A stretch of 64,000 nucleotides of DNA, from contig CAJKHY010000002.1 of NCBI GenBank assembly GCA_905199855.1, positions 8,571 to 72,570 of the forward strand, in the 5' to 3' direction. A model generated the notes under the pieces. The model searched no databases and had not been told where the DNA came from. It was given only the letters and a program-made list of their open reading frames with translations. Below, one piece after another: positions 59,549-64,000 of the stretch (position 1 is the first letter of the stretch; each line of letters opens with the position of its first letter). Source of the DNA: an uncultured Clostridium sp. GTDB taxonomy: Bacteria > Bacillota_I > Bacilli_A > RF39 > UBA660. A program made the position numbers and the translations under genes.

Positions 59549-60826
59549 TTATACTAATTTTGCAATGACTGTGTTTTTATCTACTACTTTATCTATTTTA
59601 ACTTTTATAATCTTGTTAGTATCATATTTGCCTTTGATATGGACAAGTATATAATTACTAGTAAATCCTTGGGTATAATCTTTTTTGTAACTTTCAGTAA
59701 TAATTTCTTCTTCTTTGTTTAGCATGCTTTTGTAAAATTCTAATTCATTCTCATTGGATAACTCAATTACTTTTCTAGTACGTATTTTTTTAGTTTCTGG
59801 AGATACTTGATTATCCATGATACTAGCTTTGGTTCCTGCTCTTTTAGAATAAGGAAAAACATGTATTTTACTAAATTTAATTTTATTTAAGAAGTTGATT
59901 GTTTCATTAAATAGATTGTCATCTTCATGGGGAAAACCTACAATTAAATCGGTAGTGATAGAAATATCTAAAATATTTTTTCTAATATAGTTTATTCTAT
60001 CAAAAAAATACTTGGTATCATATTTTCTTTCCATTAGTTTGAGTATTTTATCACTTCCACTTTGAAGTGGAATATGTAAATGATGGGCAATAATATTACT
60101 ATTTTTCATTATTTCAATTATTCCATTAGTAATCTCATTTATTTCAATTGAAGATATTCTTAAGCGATATAAATTAGGTATTTTTATTAATTTTTTGAGA
60201 AGGTTTTCTAAATTAGTATTAATATCACGACCATATTTACCTGTATGAATACCTGTTAAAACTATTTCTTTATAGCCACGATTAACTAAGTTTGTTACTT
60301 CTTCGATAACTAAATTTTCATTTTTACTTCTTATGTTTCCACGGCTGTAGGGAATAATGCAATATGCACAGAAGGCATCACATCCATCTTGTATTTTGAC
60401 AAATGCTCTTGTATGAGAATTAAAATCATTAATCTCCATAACCTCGAATGATTCGTTGGTTAAATCGTATATTTTTTTTATTTCTTTTTTATTTTTTATA
60501 TATTCTTCTAATAATTCTACTATTTTACTTTTATCTTTGTTACCAATTATGATATCAGCGTCAATGCTATTTCCTTTTATTTGAGAATGACACCCCATAA
60601 CTACTACAATGGCATCTTTATTTTTTCTTGCTTGTCTAATCATTTTTTCACTTTTATTATCCGCCGTATTTGTAACTGTGCAGGTGTTTATGATATAAAT
60701 GTCTGCGAGAGAATTAAATGGTACTATTTCGTAACCATTTTCTTTTAATTTTGATATAACGTATTCGCTTTCATAAATATTAACTTTGCAACCTAAACTG
60801 CATATTGCTACTTTCACTAAAATCAC
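59549..60826 (-). CDS. Radical-SAM methylthiotransferase, MiaB-like (MtaB/YqeV type)
   Basis: N-terminal CSLGCKVN cysteine triad. The radical-SAM motif is CDAFCAYC. A TRAM-like C-terminus is present. 425 aa. Confidence 0.8.
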   Translation of the reverse strand: MILVKVAICSLGCKVNIYESEYVISKLKENGYEIVPFNSLADIYIINTCTVTNTADNKSEKMIRQARKNKDAIVVVMGCHSQIKGNSIDADIIIGNKDKSKIVELLEEYIKNKKEIKKIYDLTNESFEVMEINDFNSHTRAFVKIQDGCDAFCAYCIIPYSRGNIRSKNENLVIEEVTNLVNRGYKEIVLTGIHTGKYGRDINTNLENLLKKLIKIPNLYRLRISSIEINEITNGIIEIMKNSNIIAHHLHIPLQSGSDKILKLMERKYDTKYFFDRINYIRKNILDISITTDLIVGFPHEDDNLFNETINFLNKIKFSKIHVFPYSKRAGTKASIMDNQVSPETKKIRTRKVIELSNENELEFYKSMLNKEEEIITESYKKDYTQGFTSNYILVHIKGKYDTNKIIKVKIDKVVDKNTVIAKLV

Positions 60827-60891
60827 TTCCTTGTGAGTAATATTATAGCAGATTAAAGAAAAAAAAGGAAGTTTTCTTCCTTTAATTTTTA

Positions 60892-62805
60892 CTATCTAAC
60901 TGATACTTTTTTTCTATAAATCGTAATTGATGCAATTGCAAGTACACTGATAAGTGTTAATAATATATAACCAAATGTCGCATCAAATGTTTTTGGATTT
61001 TCCACGATTGGGTTATTTATTACTTCTACATTATTATAAGTTATTCCATAAGTAGAGAATTTATCAGTAAAAATATGTAATTCTTTATTAGCTTCATCTA
61101 TATAGAATGTTTGATCCTTTAATTCAGTAGGCATCTTATCTAATTTAGTAAATTTATTTACTTCTTGACCATGATAACGATATAATTCTATTTTTTCTTT
61201 ATTTAAAGCATCAAATGAAATAATGAAATGTAATACATTATCAGTATTAGATAGTGTTTGTCCATTATTTTTTATTCCTATATTTAAGAATAACATCTCT
61301 TTATTTTTTGTTTCAGCAAGTATCTTATTTTGAGCTTCATTATTCTCCAATTTCTCTTCTTTTTGAATAATTACTTCTATTTGTCCATCTGTTTGATCTA
61401 ATCCATCTACTAATACATTTGGAGTATCCTTTCCAACTAGAACAGTAACACTTCCAGTTTTAATTTCAGCATCAACTTTTAAATTCTTATCTAATACTTC
61501 TACTAATTTAGTAGTTGAATTATTACCATTTATAAATACAATATTGTATTTTCCTTTTTCTACTTTAGTAAATTCATATTTACCTTCGTCATCAGCAGTA
61601 ACAACCTTTAAAACGTTACCACCTTGAATTAATTGAACCTTAGCATTTTTACCATTAGTAATTGTTCCACCAATAATAAATTTTCCTTCTACAACATTTA
61701 TTGGACTTACAACATATTCTTCTTCACTAAAAGTAACTTTATGTGCTGGTTTTAAATAAGTAACTGGATTAGCACTGAAAGTTCCACCTGATACTTCTAC
61801 TACTCCTATATAATCTAGTACTTCAGATAATAAGAAGTTATTATTTCCTCTTGCAGAAACAAATTTACCACCTAGAATTTCAATTTTATTAACATTGGTT
61901 TTTTTAATATTTTTAGCTAAATATTCATAAATACTAACAGCATTTTTACTTGTAAATGTCCCATCTTTAATGATTAATTCAACATTACCATAGTAATCTT
62001 TATTAGATTCTAATTGTATTGCTGCTCCAGAAGCATTAATACCATTTGAATATCCTTCTGTTGGCATTTGTGATTCACCAGTACAAGTAAATGTACCTCC
62101 ATTAATAATTACTTTACCTGATTTAATACCAATAGCTGATTCTTTACCTGTAATATTTGCTTTGCCAATATTCCAAGTACCATTTCCTGCTGCGTATAAA
62201 CCAGTTTGTTCAGAATTAATAACTGCTCCATCTAAAATATTAATTACTGGAGCTCCTTCGGCATTTTGTAAATTACCATTAATAGTAATACCACCTCCAG
62301 TAGATTTTTCTATCTTACCAGCAAATTCAACATTAACTCCATAACCTGATTCAAGGTTTTTTTCATTTCCTGGGGCATAAATTACTGCAATACCATATAA
62401 ACCATTAACTGTAACATCTTTACCAACTTTTAATGTTGAATAGTTTGCCTTAGTCTTATCAGTAGTACCCCATACATTTAAGGCATTATGCTTAGGATGA
62501 CTAATAGTACCTTTCCCAATAATATTTAATGATCCATCTTGAACGGTAAATGATCTTACTTTTGTTCCATCAAAATCAATATTATGATTATTCATATTTA
62601 ATGTAACATTAGTAGAAACTAAAACTCTATCAGGAAGTGTGTAAGTAATATTATCTATTAATTTTACAACATCACCTGATTTAGCAGTTTTAAATGCCGC
62701 TAATAATGTTGCTGCATCATTAACTTCTACCTCTTTTGCACTTACCACAGACAATGAAAATATCATAGCTATCATTGCAACAATAACAAGCATTTTTCTT
62801 TTCAT
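60892..62805 (-). CDS. Secreted beta-helix-like surface protein with carboxypeptidase-regulatory-like domain and C-terminal NPKTFD + TM + basic tail
   Basis: Signal peptide. Repetitive Gly/Asn/Thr-rich segments, parallel beta-helix-like. GKFIIGGTITNG...DDEGKYEFTKVEKGKYNIVF is a CarboxypepD_reg/Cna-B-like fold. C-terminal NPKTFDATFGYILLTLISVLAIASITIYRKKVSVR. Confidence 0.6.
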   Translation of the reverse strand: MKRKMLVIVAMIAMIFSLSVVSAKEVEVNDAATLLAAFKTAKSGDVVKLIDNITYTLPDRVLVSTNVTLNMNNHNIDFDGTKVRSFTVQDGSLNIIGKGTISHPKHNALNVWGTTDKTKANYSTLKVGKDVTVNGLYGIAVIYAPGNEKNLESGYGVNVEFAGKIEKSTGGGITINGNLQNAEGAPVINILDGAVINSEQTGLYAAGNGTWNIGKANITGKESAIGIKSGKVIINGGTFTCTGESQMPTEGYSNGINASGAAIQLESNKDYYGNVELIIKDGTFTSKNAVSIYEYLAKNIKKTNVNKIEILGGKFVSARGNNNFLLSEVLDYIGVVEVSGGTFSANPVTYLKPAHKVTFSEEEYVVSPINVVEGKFIIGGTITNGKNAKVQLIQGGNVLKVVTADDEGKYEFTKVEKGKYNIVFINGNNSTTKLVEVLDKNLKVDAEIKTGSVTVLVGKDTPNVLVDGLDQTDGQIEVIIQKEEKLENNEAQNKILAETKNKEMLFLNIGIKNNGQTLSNTDNVLHFIISFDALNKEKIELYRYHGQEVNKFTKLDKMPTELKDQTFYIDEANKELHIFTDKFSTYGITYNNVEVINNPIVENPKTFDATFGYILLTLISVLAIASITIYRKKVSVR

Positions 62806-63006
62806 AATAATTTTTCTCCTTTCTTTTTTTTTATTATGATTATGTAGATTACTCTCTACATTTAAATATTATCATATTTATTTATATAAAGCAATACATT
62901 CTTATACTTTTTTTTATTTACATTGGTAAATGTCAAATATTATAATTAATATTATCTATATAATGCAAGTAAATTATTAGTTAATTATAAAACTAAAAAA
63001 AGAAGA

Positions 63007-63477
63007 TTACTCTTCTTCGTATATAGTAAATTCTACTGTAATTCTTTTTTTATTTTTATTAATAAATTCTAAGTAATATTCACCAGTGCCAATGTAAGGA
63101 AAAACAAAATGTCCTGTGGTTGTACCATCTGCTCTAATATTACCTAAATTAGATACTACTGATTCATATTTTGAACTAGTAATTTTATCTAATCTTAAGT
63201 TATTTGGTCCATATACGTTATAGGCACCTGATTTAAACTTAGCACCACTTTTTGAAGTATTTTTAACATTAACTTCTAAAAATACTAAAGTATTATATTC
63301 TTCTCTTTCACTTACTGGTGCTCTTAAAGAATAATTAACAAAAGTAATATCAAAATTCTTAATACTTATTGTATCTCCCATAGTAAATTCTGTCTTTTCA
63401 GGTTCTTTTTCTTTACCACATCCTGTTATAAAGAATAAACACATACATATTATAATTACATTAAATATCTTTTTCAT
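63007..63477 (-). CDS. Lipoprotein (DUF4352-like)
   Basis: Lipobox FITGCG. Beta-rich 140-aa mature domain. Start reassigned to MKKIFNV. Confidence 0.5.
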   Translation of the reverse strand: MKKIFNVIIICMCLFFITGCGKEKEPEKTEFTMGDTISIKNFDITFVNYSLRAPVSEREEYNTLVFLEVNVKNTSKSGAKFKSGAYNVYGPNNLRLDKITSSKYESVVSNLGNIRADGTTTGHFVFPYIGTGEYYLEFINKNKKRITVEFTIYEEE

Positions 63478-63538
63478 AATAATTCCTCCAACTACAACCA
63501 TTATATCAAATAAATACTTTTTTTTCTAGTGTTTTCTA

Positions 63539-64000
63539 TTATTTTTCTTCTAGTAATAGATTTAATATTTTATTTCTTAATACTTTGTTTTCTTTTTCTA
63601 AATCATCACTAACTTTGAATGGTTTTCCTATTTTTATGACTAAATCTTTATATTTTCTTTTATAATGACCTAAAACCGCAAAAGGTACTATGTAGGAATT
63701 GGTCTTACTTGCTAAAGAGACTGCTCCAAATTTAAAGGGAAGTAATAAACTTTCGTTATATTCTTCTTCATTAAGTATATCTTTTAGTTTACTTGGATCC
63801 ATTAATAACTCTAGGTATTTATCTTCATTTATGATTTCTTGTTCTTTTAGTTTTTTGATAAGTTCTATTTGGGATAATTTTATTTGTTTATCATATGCTA
63901 TTTTTTTATATGCTTTACTATCAATATTTAAAATATTAGCTATTTCTTTTATTTTATCTTTTTTATAACAAATTCTATTTCTAGTTCCTTCAGGAAATAT
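63539..64000 (-). CDS. 1-acyl-sn-glycerol-3-phosphate acyltransferase-like (PlsC family), C-terminal part; the gene continues past the window's 3' edge
   Basis: The reverse frame stays open to 64000 and reads ...FPEGTRNRICYKK...LPFKFGAVSLASKTNSYIVPFAVLG..., the acyltransferase motifs III/IV. The tracked 63802 start is internal. Confidence 0.7.
   Translation of the reverse strand: MFPEGTRNRICYKKDKIKEIANILNIDSKAYKKIAYDKQIKLSQIELIKKLKEQEIINEDKYLELLMDPSKLKDILNEEEYNESLLLPFKFGAVSLASKTNSYIVPFAVLGHYKRKYKDLVIKIGKPFKVSDDLEKENKVLRNKILNLLLEEK

Overview
This is a very AT-rich chromosomal segment (GC looks well under 30% by eye) from a spore-forming, low-GC Firmicute. The spore-former call rests on a CotY/CotZ-like coat protein, SpoIIP, SpoVS, a YjcZ-family peptide and a GerM-like protein. 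Most genes are on the minus strand. Identifiable housekeeping genes, in window order:
- the str-operon tail rpsL-rpsG-fusA, with fusA running off the 5' edge;
- priA;
- holA, a polysaccharide deacetylase and gatCAB;
- eno, glyA, tRNA-Arg(UCU) and tRNA-Leu(GAG);
- def and obg;
- an eight-gene arginine ABC uptake plus arginine deiminase operon (SBP-permease-ATPase-arcA-arcB-arcC-YfcC-type antiporter);
- rsmE, a type IIA topoisomerase B subunit, rnhB, an MtaB-like radical-SAM enzyme and a partial plsC-like acyltransferase at the 3' edge.

The accessory and unusual content is:
- A ToxN/AbiQ-family toxin gene preceded on its own strand by a promoter, a 2.2-copy 37-nt tandem repeat and an intrinsic terminator. 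This is the architecture of a type III toxin-antitoxin locus with an RNA antitoxin, and it is the best candidate here for a not-yet-described system.
- A LemA, DUF2207, DUF45-metallohydrolase, DUF2207 cluster with glycine-rich C-terminal tails.
- A single-gene DUF262(DGQQR)-HNH fusion, GmrSD-like and a candidate defense nuclease.
- An in-frame RNase HII::ComGC-like pseudopilin fusion.
- A duplicated spoVS 3' end plus terminator, leaving a gene remnant.
- Two wall-protein candidates ending in NPKT[A/F]D, which would be class B sortase-type signals.
- A surface protein with a C-terminal FGE-sulfatase-like domain.
- A recurring 14-nt motif, TTTGCTATGCTGTT, upstream of several loci.

No CRISPR array, rRNA or obvious transposon or prophage was seen.
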